Of a stretch of 64,000 nt of DNA, positions 37,208 through 47,095 are shown piece by piece (position 1 is the stretch's first letter; every line of letters begins with the position of its first letter). The position numbers were made by a program, and so were the translations under genes. A model generated the notes under the pieces. The model searched no databases and was not told the DNA's origin. It was given only the letters and a program-made list of their open reading frames with translations. The DNA comes from an uncultured Candidatus Saccharibacteria bacterium (lineage in GTDB: Bacteria > Patescibacteriota > Minisyncoccia > Phycocordibacterales > UBA12445), in the NCBI GenBank assembly GCA_964649715.1, contig CAZYTH010000003.1:4713-68712 (forward strand). Direction: 5' to 3'.

Positions 37208-37426
37208 TTATCTTCTTTTAATAACTACGGCCCCGTCTGAATAATCGATATCTATCTTCTGGCCCACACGGAAGCCAAATCGATAAAGGATGCTATTAGC
37301 TATCCTTATCATTGGCTTCTGGATGCCAGATTTTAGGCGACAATATTTTCCGGTCGCATAATTGACTGTCATATGTTTTCTCATTTGACTGGCAAAGGGG
37401 TAACTTGTAGATAATAGAAAAGGCAT
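37208..37426 (-). CDS. AbrB/MazE-like swapped-hairpin DNA-binding protein. The true start may be the internal MIRIAN.
   Basis: C-terminal GQKIDIDYSDGAVVIKRR matches the SpoVT/AbrB pattern. Confidence 0.45.
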   Translation of the reverse strand: MPFLLSTSYPFASQMRKHMTVNYATGKYCRLKSGIQKPMIRIANSILYRFGFRVGQKIDIDYSDGAVVIKRR

Positions 37427-37683
37427 ATCTTGCGAGGAAAACGTTTGATAACTTTCCCGTCCTTATCTTTCTTCTCAATAATGACAGTAGATCTGATAAC
37501 TCCTTTTTCACCCTTGCGAACTTTGTAACCGTTAGCCAGCCATTTCTCATATGTAAGGCAATTGGTGTAAGGGTCAAATATTTTTCCCTCTTCCTCTCCC
37601 CATATGGAAATTATCTGCTGACGCACATCTTCATAGGTCTCTTTTGATCCTGTATAATTGGATTTTTCTTTTATTTCCAACAT
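37381..37683 (-). CDS. DUF1738/ArdC-N-like ssDNA-binding domain protein.
   Basis: YTNCLTYEKWLANGYKVRKGEKGVI resembles the ArdC_N W.T..QA...G..VRKGEKG motif. Confidence 0.4.
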   Translation of the reverse strand: MLEIKEKSNYTGSKETYEDVRQQIISIWGEEEGKIFDPYTNCLTYEKWLANGYKVRKGEKGVIRSTVIIEKKDKDGKVIKRFPRKICLFYYLQVTPLPVK

Positions 37684-37948
37684 ATTTTTTCTTCTAAACG
37701 AATAATAAAAAACCAGTGACTAGCTGGCTTGGACATAACATCCGAGAAAAGGGTGATAATCATAAAACCAAAAAGTAATGATGATGTAGGGAAAATAAAA
37801 GAAGGAAGTAGCTATATTCGTCTGTTTCTAAATTGGTCAGGGGGGGTTGTTTCATTTGGGACCCCCAGACGACAAAAGACACTGTGGGTAAGGAACTTAT
37901 CTCTGTTTTTTATGCTTTTTAAAAGTTGGACTATTGTAAAATGTATGT

Positions 37949-38518
37949 ATGGATAGAATATTAGTTGAAAGCTGTTTTTCGCTTGATATAAGCCAGTTTA
38001 AGGGAGATATTATGCGCTTTAAGAGCTCATGTGAAAGTGTGGCTGGACTATATGCCACAAAGCATGATGAAAAAGAGATAAAGATAGATTATGTCATTGA
38101 AGATGATGGACACGATGGGATAATCCGGTTATCGATTAATGGTGCCAGTTCGCAGGGCATTGTGCTCTGTGACAAGGTGCTGACTTATGGGAGTAGAACA
38201 TATTTTACCTGTGAATGTGGTTCTTTGTTCTCAAGGCTGTATATGGTGCCAAATAGCACAGCCTTAAAATGCCGAAAATGCCACCATTTGAAATACGAGA
38301 TAAATTCATTCAATAGGAATAGCAAACATGGGAAACTTTTCCTAGCTATGCACTTTGCGCTTAAAGCCACAAAGGAAAGAGAGACTGTGAAAAGAATGTT
38401 TATTAATGGGCGTTATACAAAAGCTTTTATTCGTAGCCTAAGAACAGCTAACAAAGCTGGGTGGACAGGTTACAGTAGGGAGGCCAGGAGGCTTCTGAGG
38501 GCTATGTGGTTTACGTAG
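37949..38518 (+). CDS. zinc-ribbon hypothetical protein.
   Basis: CDKV...CECG...CRKCHH. Confidence 0.4.
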   Translation: MDRILVESCFSLDISQFKGDIMRFKSSCESVAGLYATKHDEKEIKIDYVIEDDGHDGIIRLSINGASSQGIVLCDKVLTYGSRTYFTCECGSLFSRLYMVPNSTALKCRKCHHLKYEINSFNRNSKHGKLFLAMHFALKATKERETVKRMFINGRYTKAFIRSLRTANKAGWTGYSREARRLLRAMWFT

Positions 38519-38887
38519 AGGGTTTTTATGTAGCACAGAGCATTTTACACAGGGTTCAGTGCACAGGGCGAGGAGCACGGAATACAGGGCACAGGGCATA
38601 GAGCATAGAATTCCGTAAATGGTTTGAGTGGGGATGTAGAGACCCTTCTTAAAATTAAATCTTGCCCTGACGATACTGACGATGTTTTTTGAATATTTAT
38701 ACTAAAGAAAGGAGGTGTTTTATTTCTTTTTTGGTTAATTGTGGGGGGGGTAGCTTCCCGAAAAGATTACTATCTAATGATTTTAACTGTTGAATTTTCA
38801 AAAATTTGCTTCAATTCTTTAATGCTTAATTTAATAGAATCAGAGTGCTTACAAAGTTCTGAAATCCATTTTTCTAGTCCACAAAAA

Positions 38888-40027
38888 TTATCTTATCACC
38901 CCTCCGCCTAAACATATTTCTCCGTCATAAAGCACAAGGGATTGTCCCGAGGCAATAGACTCTTCCGGCTCATCGAAAATAATTCTCGCTTTCTTTGTTC
39001 GAGAATGAACTTCGCTCAAAATACATGGTTTCAAATCTTCCCGATACCTTATTCGTGCTGAATATTTTTTATTCGAATCAGGAAACTCTCCTTTTATCCA
39101 GCTAACATTCTCTATCTCTATTTCGGTTCTTGAAGAAACTTCTTCTTTTTTATTATGAGAAACAACTAATATATTTTTCTTTATGTTCTTATCTACAATA
39201 TAATATGGCGCATTGTCTACACCATCTGGCGAATTTTTTGTGATACCAAAACCATGCCTCTCTCCTATTGAATAAAAAGGAGATCCATTGTGTTCACCAA
39301 TAATTTCCCCCGCTTCGTTCAAAACCTTGCCCTTTTTAAATTTTATATATCTCTTCAAAAATTCCTTCGTATCTATCTTGCCCAAAAAACAAAGGCCCTG
39401 ACTGTCTTTCTTGCTAGCTGTCGGCAAGCCAAATTTTTCTGCCAGTCTTCTGACCTCGCTTTTTTCCAAATACCCGACAGGAAACAAAGTTTTTGATAAC
39501 TGCTTTTGTGTAAGTGTCCACAGAAAGTAAGATTGATCTTTGTTCTTGTCTTCTCCTGCAAGCAAGTTATATTCTAATTTTAAATTTTTATTTGAATTTT
39601 TGATTTTTGATTTTTGATTTTTGATTTCACAGACACGCGCGTAATGTCCCGTTGCAACAAAATCGGCCCCGTTCCTTATCGCCCAATCAAAAAAAGAACC
39701 AAATTTAACCTTCTTGTTACACATGACATCTGGATTTGGAATCCTGCCAGCCTTATATTCTGATATCATATAATCAACGACGCCTTTCTTATATTCCTTT
39801 TCAAGATTTATAGTAATGAAAGGTATCTGAAGGACCGCAGCACACCTCATCGCATCTCTTCTCTCTTCTTTCCAGCCACAAGGAAGCCATTCTGGTGACC
39901 AGACTTTTATAAAAACCCCCGTCACTTCATAGCCTAATTTTTTAAGTAATGCAGCGGAAACAGAAGAATCTACACCGCCAGACATTCCAACGAAAACTCG
40001 ACCTTTGTTTGCTATTGTTTTGTTCAT
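38888..40027 (-). CDS. mnmA: tRNA 2-thiouridylase MnmA, with a low-complexity insert encoded by a 7-nt microsatellite.
   Basis: PP-loop SGGVDSS, catalytic Cys residues and a C-terminal barrel. Insert KNQKSKIKNSNKN lies at 39594-39628. Confidence 0.9.
   Translation of the reverse strand: MNKTIANKGRVFVGMSGGVDSSVSAALLKKLGYEVTGVFIKVWSPEWLPCGWKEERRDAMRCAAVLQIPFITINLEKEYKKGVVDYMISEYKAGRIPNPDVMCNKKVKFGSFFDWAIRNGADFVATGHYARVCEIKNQKSKIKNSNKNLKLEYNLLAGEDKNKDQSYFLWTLTQKQLSKTLFPVGYLEKSEVRRLAEKFGLPTASKKDSQGLCFLGKIDTKEFLKRYIKFKKGKVLNEAGEIIGEHNGSPFYSIGERHGFGITKNSPDGVDNAPYYIVDKNIKKNILVVSHNKKEEVSSRTEIEIENVSWIKGEFPDSNKKYSARIRYREDLKPCILSEVHSRTKKARIIFDEPEESIASGQSLVLYDGEICLGGGVIR
39594..39628. repeat. microsatellite (gattttt)x4.5 inside the mnmA coding sequence.
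   Basis: gaatttttgatttttgatttttgatttttgatttc. Confidence 0.85.
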
Positions 40028-40127
40028 CTTTTTATTTTACAGAATATTATAATGATATTTAGAATAAGACATAAAAATAAAAATGAAAGCCCCGAACCAA
40101 AATTACTTTATGGCACGGGGCTAAATT

Positions 40128-40535
40128 TTATTTAACCTTTTCGGCTAATCCACCTCTTGGTGTCGCCTCTTTTACAAAGTCTTCAAAAACATCCCGCTTC
40201 TCTACCCTCTTGTACTTGAAAATAAGAGGAGGCAACTCTTTTGAAACAAAAGCCACCAGACTGTTGTTTCTTTTCTTTACGATAACCGGAAATGCTTTTT
40301 CTCCACCATCCAAAACAACAACACCGGAAGAAACCACCTCATAGATGTCATTTTCTTCCAAAACCGAACTTGCGTCAACGACAGTTCCGACACCACAAGC
40401 AACGAAGGACACGATCATGAGGAAACCAACTAATGTTACAAAAAAAAGTTTAAGAAATCCGTCTTTAATAGAAAAATTGTTAGTCATTTGAACAAAAACA
40501 AAAAGAGAAAACAAACCCAACAAAAACATTTCCAT
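40128..40535 (-). CDS. hypothetical membrane protein.
   Basis: Two N-terminal transmembrane segments. Confidence 0.4.
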   Translation of the reverse strand: MEMFLLGLFSLFVFVQMTNNFSIKDGFLKLFFVTLVGFLMIVSFVACGVGTVVDASSVLEENDIYEVVSSGVVVLDGGEKAFPVIVKKRNNSLVAFVSKELPPLIFKYKRVEKRDVFEDFVKEATPRGGLAEKVK

Positions 40536-40636
40536 TAAAATTCCCCCTATTATTTTTCAAAGTCCAAACGAATAATATATCAAAAAAGGATAAAGTCAAT
40601 AGTGTTTACGGCGTTTCTTTTTGCAACAATGAATGC

Positions 40637-42547
40637 ATGTCCCAAATAAAGATCGCAACGGTTATACCAATATCTGGTGGTATTTTTAAAGAATCATTAA
40701 CTTATTTCACGAACAAAGACATCGAAATCGGTTCGCTTGTCTTTGTTCCTGTGCGAAAAAATAAAATCCCAGCAATCTTGATATCTCAAAAACCGACCGA
40801 GGAACTAAAAATAGAACTAAAAAACTCCAATTTTGAACTCAGGAAATTAGATTCTGCAATAAATGGTAAAATCCTTTCTCCTGAATTCATAAGGGCAACA
40901 GAAAAGACTTCTGATTATTTTGCCGCAAACACGGGGCAGGTAATAAATAATTTTATTTCCAATTCTTTTTTAAAATCCTTAGAAAAAACAAAAGGTGATG
41001 GTTTTTATCGAAACGTTAAAGGTGTAGAAAATAAAAAAAATGTAGCTGAGTCTTTTTTGGTGCAAGGCGAAAATGACGAAAGAATGGCATTTTACAAAAG
41101 TCTTATCAGAGAAGAGTTTGTAAAAAATTCTTCCATCTTTTTATTTTTCCCAACAATTCACGAATTAAATATTTTTAGCGAATTACTCAAACGAGGGATA
41201 GAAGACTATACCATCATCTTAAAACACGAGGACTCTTCAAAAAAAATGCTTTCTAATTTTAATCGGATAAATTCAACAAAACATCCTCTCCTTGTCATGG
41301 GAACTCCGACTTTTGCATTTATGCTAAATGAAAAATTTGGCACAATAATAATAGAAAAAGAAAGCTCTCCTGCCTATAAATGCATAGGAAGACCCAACGT
41401 GGATTCAAGATATTTCCTTGAAGAAATTTCTAAGCAATATGGAATAAAAACTTTTCTGGGGGATGTTGTATTGCGAATAGAAACACTCTTTGGCAGAGAC
41501 GAGAATACACACCAACCGTCTTCTCTTTTTAAATTTAAATCTTTCAACAATACCGCCAGAAAGATCATCGATATGAATAAAGAGGAAAAAGGAAAAACAA
41601 TATTAAGCAAAGAAGTCTTATCTATTCTCAAAAGAACAGTTGAAGAAAAAGAAAACACACTGCTACTATCAACAAGAAAAGGACTTGCATCAGCCGCTTG
41701 TTGTCACGATTGTGGAACATTGATTGATTGTTTAAAGTGTGGAGGAACAACTGTTCTTCACAAAAAAATGGGATTTAATATTTTTACCTGCCACAAATGT
41801 GGACAATCACATAAAACCGATTCTCTTTGCAAAAAATGTGGCAGTTGGGATATAAGAACTATCGGTTTTGGAACCGAAAAAATAGAAGAAGAGGTGAATA
41901 AAGTTATCGATCAAAAAGCAGTAAAAAGAATGGATGGAAATAACGTCAAAAACCACAAAGAAGGGAAGGTGTTAATAAATGAATTTTTATCCAAAAAAGG
42001 AAATGTACTTATTGGAACAGAAATGGCACTTTTTTACCTAACTGAACCAATCGATAATATAATAATTGTGTTACCTGATACATTGTTTTCTATTCCGGAC
42101 TTCAAAATGAATGAAAGGATTTTTAGCTATCTAACAAATGCAAGATTGATGTCTACAAATAACTTCATTATTCAAACGAGATTACCCGATATAAATATTT
42201 TTGAAAAAATTATGCAGGGAGATTTACTTCAATTTTACAGAGAAGAATTGAACGAAAGAAAAATATTCGGCTATGGACCGTACAAAACAATCATCAAAAT
42301 AACGCTTGAAGATAAAAAAGACGTGGCTGAAAAAGAAATGGATTCTATATTTGAAACATTAAAAACATGGAACCCAGAAAAATACAAAACCAAGTCCCGT
42401 TCTTCAAAAGACAAAATAATGGCTAATCTTCTAATTAAAATAGACAAAAAAGATTGGCCAACCGGAGAAAATAAAAAATTATTGAAATTTCTTCGTTCGC
42501 TTCCTCCTAACTATATCATAAAAGTAGACCCCGATAGTATAATGTAA
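40637..42547 (+). CDS. priA: primosomal protein N' (PriA)-like with degenerate helicase motifs.
   Basis: PriA N-terminus and the Cys-rich zinc-binding insert (CCHDCGTLIDCLKCGGTTVLH...CHKCG...CKKCGS). No GxGKT Walker A, and DEEH reads EKES. Confidence 0.65.
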   Translation: MSQIKIATVIPISGGIFKESLTYFTNKDIEIGSLVFVPVRKNKIPAILISQKPTEELKIELKNSNFELRKLDSAINGKILSPEFIRATEKTSDYFAANTGQVINNFISNSFLKSLEKTKGDGFYRNVKGVENKKNVAESFLVQGENDERMAFYKSLIREEFVKNSSIFLFFPTIHELNIFSELLKRGIEDYTIILKHEDSSKKMLSNFNRINSTKHPLLVMGTPTFAFMLNEKFGTIIIEKESSPAYKCIGRPNVDSRYFLEEISKQYGIKTFLGDVVLRIETLFGRDENTHQPSSLFKFKSFNNTARKIIDMNKEEKGKTILSKEVLSILKRTVEEKENTLLLSTRKGLASAACCHDCGTLIDCLKCGGTTVLHKKMGFNIFTCHKCGQSHKTDSLCKKCGSWDIRTIGFGTEKIEEEVNKVIDQKAVKRMDGNNVKNHKEGKVLINEFLSKKGNVLIGTEMALFYLTEPIDNIIIVLPDTLFSIPDFKMNERIFSYLTNARLMSTNNFIIQTRLPDINIFEKIMQGDLLQFYREELNERKIFGYGPYKTIIKITLEDKKDVAEKEMDSIFETLKTWNPEKYKTKSRSSKDKIMANLLIKIDKKDWPTGENKKLLKFLRSLPPNYIIKVDPDSIM

Positions 42548-42560
42548 AATAAATAACTTT

Positions 42561-43142
42561 TTGATTTTTTTATCCATTTTTATTAATATGACCTTTATGT
42601 CAAAAATAAAAATAGTTCAACATGAAGATTCTGTTTTGAGACAAATTGCAAAAGAGGTCCCAGTAGAAGATATTGGGGCTCCAAAAATTAAAAAAATAAT
42701 AGAAGACATGAAAAGCGCCATGGATGCTACTTATGACGGCGTAGCTATAGCCGCTCCGCAAATAGGAATATCACTCCGTATTTTTATGATATCTCCAAAA
42801 GCTTTTCTAAAAGAGGGAGAAAATTTTAACGAAAAAGAATTATCAGAAAAAGAACATCCTGTTTTTATAAACCCCAGGATAATAAAATTATCTTCAAAAA
42901 CCACAAGGCTAGACGAGGGGTGTTTGAGTGTTCGTGGTATATTTGGAAAAGTAAGAAGGGCAGAAAAGGCAACGATTGAAGCATATAATGAAAATGGTAA
43001 AAAATTCACACGGGGGGCAAGTGGACTAATAGCAGAAATATTTCAACATGAAATTGAACATCTTAACGGTGTACTCTTCACAGACACCGCCACAGATTTA
43101 TACCAACTCACCACAGAAGAAAAGGTAAAAAATGAAAAATAA
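42561..43142 (+). CDS. def: peptide deformylase.
   Basis: GVAIAAPQIG, EGCLS and QHEIEHLNG motifs. Confidence 0.85.
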   Translation: MIFLSIFINMTFMSKIKIVQHEDSVLRQIAKEVPVEDIGAPKIKKIIEDMKSAMDATYDGVAIAAPQIGISLRIFMISPKAFLKEGENFNEKELSEKEHPVFINPRIIKLSSKTTRLDEGCLSVRGIFGKVRRAEKATIEAYNENGKKFTRGASGLIAEIFQHEIEHLNGVLFTDTATDLYQLTTEEKVKNEK

Positions 43143-44010
43143 AAAAACTCAAATAGTTTTTTGGGGCACATCTAAATTTAGTGTCTTTGTCTTGGAGGAA
43201 ATGGAGAGGTGCGGATTTTTACCAGAAGCCATCGTCACCACACCAGATAAACCAAGGGGAAGAAATCTTATTATTAATCCCCCTCCAGTAAAGATATGGG
43301 CAGAAAAAAGAAATATAACACTATACCAACCAATATCACTAAAAGATTTTACCCTACCTGGCAAATACGAAGTCTTTGTTCTTGCTGCATATGGGAAAAT
43401 AATACCGAAAAACATATTGAACATCCCAATGCACGGGTTTATTAATGTGCACCCTTCTCTTCTCCCTAAATGGAGAGGTGCTAGCCCCATACAATCAAGT
43501 ATTTTGGCAGGTGAAAAAGAAAACGGTGTTTCTGTAATACTGTTGGATGAGGAAATGGACCATGGCCCGATAATAAAAAAAGAGAGAAATATTATTGCAA
43601 ATGAAACACAAACTTATGTTGAACTTGAGGAAAGACTAGCTCGTATTGGAGGAAAAATGGTTTGCGAAATAATTCCCGAATGGATAAATGGGCAAATAAA
43701 AACAATCCCGCAAGCAGAATCAGATGCAACTTATTGCAAAAAGATAGACAAAAAAGATGGTTTTATACCCCCGGAAATTATATTAGGAAAAGAAAAAGAT
43801 CAGGAAAAAATAATTTTAGCCGAAAGAAAGGTTCGGGCACTAAACCCAGATCCCGGCACGTTTACCATTCTTAATATTAATAAAACAGAAAAACGTATTA
43901 AAATTTTGAGCGCAAAAATTATCGAAAATATATTCGTTCCGGAAAAAATTATTCCCGAAGGGAAAAAAGAAATGAAATGGGAAGACTTTTTAAGAGGCCA
44001 CAAAATATAA
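43132..44010 (+). CDS. fmt: methionyl-tRNA formyltransferase.
   Basis: IVFWGT...NVHPSLLPKWRGASPIQ. Usual def-fmt synteny. Confidence 0.9.
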   Translation: MKNKKTQIVFWGTSKFSVFVLEEMERCGFLPEAIVTTPDKPRGRNLIINPPPVKIWAEKRNITLYQPISLKDFTLPGKYEVFVLAAYGKIIPKNILNIPMHGFINVHPSLLPKWRGASPIQSSILAGEKENGVSVILLDEEMDHGPIIKKERNIIANETQTYVELEERLARIGGKMVCEIIPEWINGQIKTIPQAESDATYCKKIDKKDGFIPPEIILGKEKDQEKIILAERKVRALNPDPGTFTILNINKTEKRIKILSAKIIENIFVPEKIIPEGKKEMKWEDFLRGHKI

Positions 44011-44106
44011 AAGTGGAACCATTCCCATAAAATACTTTTTTAAATACTAAAAGCAAAAGCCCCTAACAAAGGGGCCTTCGTAGAAAACAAATTAAAAAAT
44101 TATCTT

Positions 44107-44754
44107 CTATTTTATGCTTATGCTTTCTATTAAAACATCAACCAAGGGATGATCACCTCTTGCCTTATCTGTATCGACTCCTTCTATTTTCAAAACAACA
44201 TCCATTCCTTCCTTAACTCTCCCAAAGGCTGTATATGCTCCATCTAACCATGGCGTGGATTCAGCAGTAACAATAAAGAATTGACTCCCGTTTGTATTTC
44301 GACCAGCATTTGCCATTGCCAAGACACCACGAACAAGGAGGACATCGTTTATCTCATCCTGAAACTGGTAACCAGGACCACCCATTCCATGAGTAGACCA
44401 ATCATCTAATTTAGTATTTGGATCACCTCCCTGGATCATAAAATCTTTAATTACACGATGAAACTTTGTTCCATTATAAAAACCTGAATTAGCAAGTTTT
44501 ATAAAATTACCAACAGTCAAAGGAGCTTTTTCTCCATAAAGCTCAAGAATGATATCGCCGTAGTTGGTTTTCATAACAGCCTCATATGTCCTCTTTTCGC
44601 TCATTTCTACCATTGTTTCTTCTTTATTTTCTAAATTTTCTAATAAAATTTCTTCGGACTCTTCGCTAGAACCACCCATTCCATAAAAAGCTCCGATGGC
44701 TAAAATAACCACAACCACCAAAGAAGCTACTATAGAAAAATTTTTATTTTCCAT
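44107..44754 (-). CDS. ppiB: cyclophilin-type peptidyl-prolyl isomerase with an N-terminal membrane anchor.
   Basis: FHRVIKDFMIQGGDP and GYQFQDE. Confidence 0.85.
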   Translation of the reverse strand: MENKNFSIVASLVVVVILAIGAFYGMGGSSEESEEILLENLENKEETMVEMSEKRTYEAVMKTNYGDIILELYGEKAPLTVGNFIKLANSGFYNGTKFHRVIKDFMIQGGDPNTKLDDWSTHGMGGPGYQFQDEINDVLLVRGVLAMANAGRNTNGSQFFIVTAESTPWLDGAYTAFGRVKEGMDVVLKIEGVDTDKARGDHPLVDVLIESISIK

Positions 44755-44821
44755 TGATTCGTGTTATCTTCTAGATTCGCTTATAATACTTCTATATTAA
44801 AACAGAAAAATAATAATTTCA

Positions 44822-46741
44822 ATGGCAAAAGACAAGGACAAATATAAACGTTGCATAATATCTCTCACAAAAAAAGGAGAAGGTTTTGGGGTGTGTGATG
44901 GTATTAAAAAAGATATATTTATTTCAAAAGACAAGTTAAAAGGTGCTCTTCATGGCGACACCGTTCTTATACAAATTGAAAATGAAAAATATTGGGAAGG
45001 CAGAGTCACCAAAATCGAAGAACGTGCAAAGGAAGAATTTTCTGGCACCATCCAAAAAGATAAAGTTGGCTACTTTGTGATACCAAAAGATCAAAAAGCT
45101 CAACAAATAAAAATATTAATTAAAGATCTCGGCGAATATATATTTAAAGAAGGAGATGTGGTTGCTGTCAAAATAACGGACTGGAAAAACGGGAATGAGA
45201 TGCCAGAGGGAAAAATAATAAAAAGACTCGGAGTGGCTGGCGACAACAATACCGAAATGGAAGCAATAGCTTTTGAGCATGGATTTCAACAAGGCCACGG
45301 CGGAGCGCTCATAAAAGAGGCAGAAGAAATAAATCATAACGGAATAGGAGAGAATGATATAAAAGGTAGGCGCGACTTCAGAAGCGTGGTCACGTTTACG
45401 ATAGACCCCGACGATGCGAAAGATTTTGATGATGCGCTTTCAATAAGACCAACGGATGAAGGTAAATTTGAGATAGGCATACACATCGCAGACGTATCTC
45501 ACTATGTTAAACCTGGCTCAGTCTTAGACAAAGAGGCTTTAAAAAGAAGCACTTCAGTCTATTTGGTAGATAGGGTGATTCCGATGCTTCCAGAAATACT
45601 TTCTAATAATTTATGTTCTCTCTTGCCAAATAAAGACAGATTGACTTTTTCCGCCGTGTTTATAATAGACACTTCAGGCAATATACATGACGAATGGTTC
45701 GGTAAAACAATCATTCATTCAGACAGAAGATTCACATATGATGATGTGCAAAAGATTATTGAAACCGGTTCGCCAGAAGATGGAGAAAAATTTAATAAAG
45801 AGATATTGATGCTTCAAAAGATCGCAAAGAAACTCCGCAAAGAAAGATTTGCCAATGGGTCTGTTTCTCTCGATTCCGTTGAAATAAAATTTAAATTAGA
45901 CGAAAAAGGTAAACCTATCGGCGTATACAAAAAAGTCCAAAATGATGCCAATAAACTAGTTGAAGAATTCATGCTTCTTGCAAATAAAAAGGTTGCGGGA
46001 AAAATATTCAAACGAGGTGACGACGCCGGAAAAATTTTCGTATACAGAAATCACGAACTTCCAGACAGCGACAAGCTTGAAGGACTAAAAGAAGTTCTTG
46101 TTAACTTCAGATATAATATTCCACAAAAAGTAGGCATCGATTCAAAGGTTTTGAATAAAATAATCGAGGAATTTGAAGGGAAAATGGAAAGATCCCTTGT
46201 AATGTGGATAATACTTCGTTCAATGTCTAAGGCCGATTATTCTACCGAAAATTTAGGACACTTCGGACTTGCGTTTGATTCATATACCCATTTCACCTCG
46301 CCGATAAGAAGATATCCGGATGTTATGGTGCACCGCTTACTTGATGCCCACCTTCAAAATCAAAAAATAAAACAGGACAAGAAAGATTACGAAAAAATCT
46401 GTAAACATGCATCTGAGATGGAAAGAAGAGCAATGAATGCTGAACGAGAATCGATAAAATACAAACAAGTTGAATTCGTTTTAGATAAGATAGGAGAAAC
46501 TTTCGACGGGATAATCACAGGGGTAACCGACTGGGGAATGTTTATTGAGGCACAGGAAATTTTTTGTGAGGGTATGGTATCCCTTCGAGACATTAAAGAT
46601 GACCACTATTCAATTGACAAAAAAGGGTTCACACTTGTCGGTCAAAAAACGAACAAAAAATACCGCATAGGTGATGCGGTACGAGTTGAACTCATTTCTG
46701 CAAACCTAAAGAACAGGACGATTGACTTTCGATTAATCTAA
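44822..46741 (+). CDS. rnr: ribonuclease R.
   Basis: RNB domain (RRDFRSVVTFTIDPDDAKDFDDALS), cold-shock/OB N-terminal and S1 C-terminal domains. Confidence 0.9.
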   Translation: MAKDKDKYKRCIISLTKKGEGFGVCDGIKKDIFISKDKLKGALHGDTVLIQIENEKYWEGRVTKIEERAKEEFSGTIQKDKVGYFVIPKDQKAQQIKILIKDLGEYIFKEGDVVAVKITDWKNGNEMPEGKIIKRLGVAGDNNTEMEAIAFEHGFQQGHGGALIKEAEEINHNGIGENDIKGRRDFRSVVTFTIDPDDAKDFDDALSIRPTDEGKFEIGIHIADVSHYVKPGSVLDKEALKRSTSVYLVDRVIPMLPEILSNNLCSLLPNKDRLTFSAVFIIDTSGNIHDEWFGKTIIHSDRRFTYDDVQKIIETGSPEDGEKFNKEILMLQKIAKKLRKERFANGSVSLDSVEIKFKLDEKGKPIGVYKKVQNDANKLVEEFMLLANKKVAGKIFKRGDDAGKIFVYRNHELPDSDKLEGLKEVLVNFRYNIPQKVGIDSKVLNKIIEEFEGKMERSLVMWIILRSMSKADYSTENLGHFGLAFDSYTHFTSPIRRYPDVMVHRLLDAHLQNQKIKQDKKDYEKICKHASEMERRAMNAERESIKYKQVEFVLDKIGETFDGIITGVTDWGMFIEAQEIFCEGMVSLRDIKDDHYSIDKKGFTLVGQKTNKKYRIGDAVRVELISANLKNRTIDFRLI

Positions 46742-46825
46742 AAAATATAGGTTCAATAAAAAAATTGACAAATTGCATAACGTGTTATAAGGTAAATTAG
46801 TAATAGAACTTTAAAAGGAGGTTTT

Positions 46826-47059
46826 ATGATCTCAACGATTGGCTTCATCGTCTTTGGGGCACTGCTTGCATACGAATTCATCGCCTACTGGCTGGGGATC
46901 TTGGGCACTTATCTTTCGGCCACCAAAAGTATCCAAGAAGATGGTCTTCGGGGGGTCATCGGCAAAGCGGAAGACATCTGGGTCCGATTCTGGACGAGGT
47001 CTCTCGTTCCAATCCTGATGATTTGTTTCTGTTTCTACCTCCGAAATATCGGCCTCTGA
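46826..47059 (+). CDS. small two-transmembrane protein at the edge of a GC-rich island.
   Basis: AAAGGAGG Shine-Dalgarno 5 nt upstream of the ATG. GC content is well above the flanks. Confidence 0.45.
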   Translation: MISTIGFIVFGALLAYEFIAYWLGILGTYLSATKSIQEDGLRGVIGKAEDIWVRFWTRSLVPILMICFCFYLRNIGL

Positions 47060-47095
47060 TATTTTCTTGGCCACACAGAAGCCCTGCACACAAAA

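Larger units (their letters stand above)
25341..38860. mobile_element. putative integrated element (about 13.5 kb) inserted next to tRNA-Ala. The right boundary is approximate, before mnmA.
   Basis: A serine recombinase abuts the tRNA. Phage/plasmid-like cargo is present (DEDD exonuclease, Smr, RNase H-like, ERF-like, AbrB-like, ArdC-N-like). The region is flanked by core genes rpsP and mnmA. Confidence 0.6.

Noticed and set aside
38520-38640. Short repeated cacagggc / acagggc motifs that might suggest a CRISPR-like or tandem-repeat array.
   Set aside because: Units are only about 8 nt, irregularly spaced, with no spacer-like unique segments. This is not a CRISPR array. It may be a degenerate att or end-of-element sequence.
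46832-47089. Minus-strand 85-aa ORF fully overlapping the 77-aa plus-strand membrane ORF.
   Set aside because: The plus-strand ORF has a canonical AAAGGAGG Shine-Dalgarno at optimal spacing and a coherent two-transmembrane product. The antisense ORF has neither.
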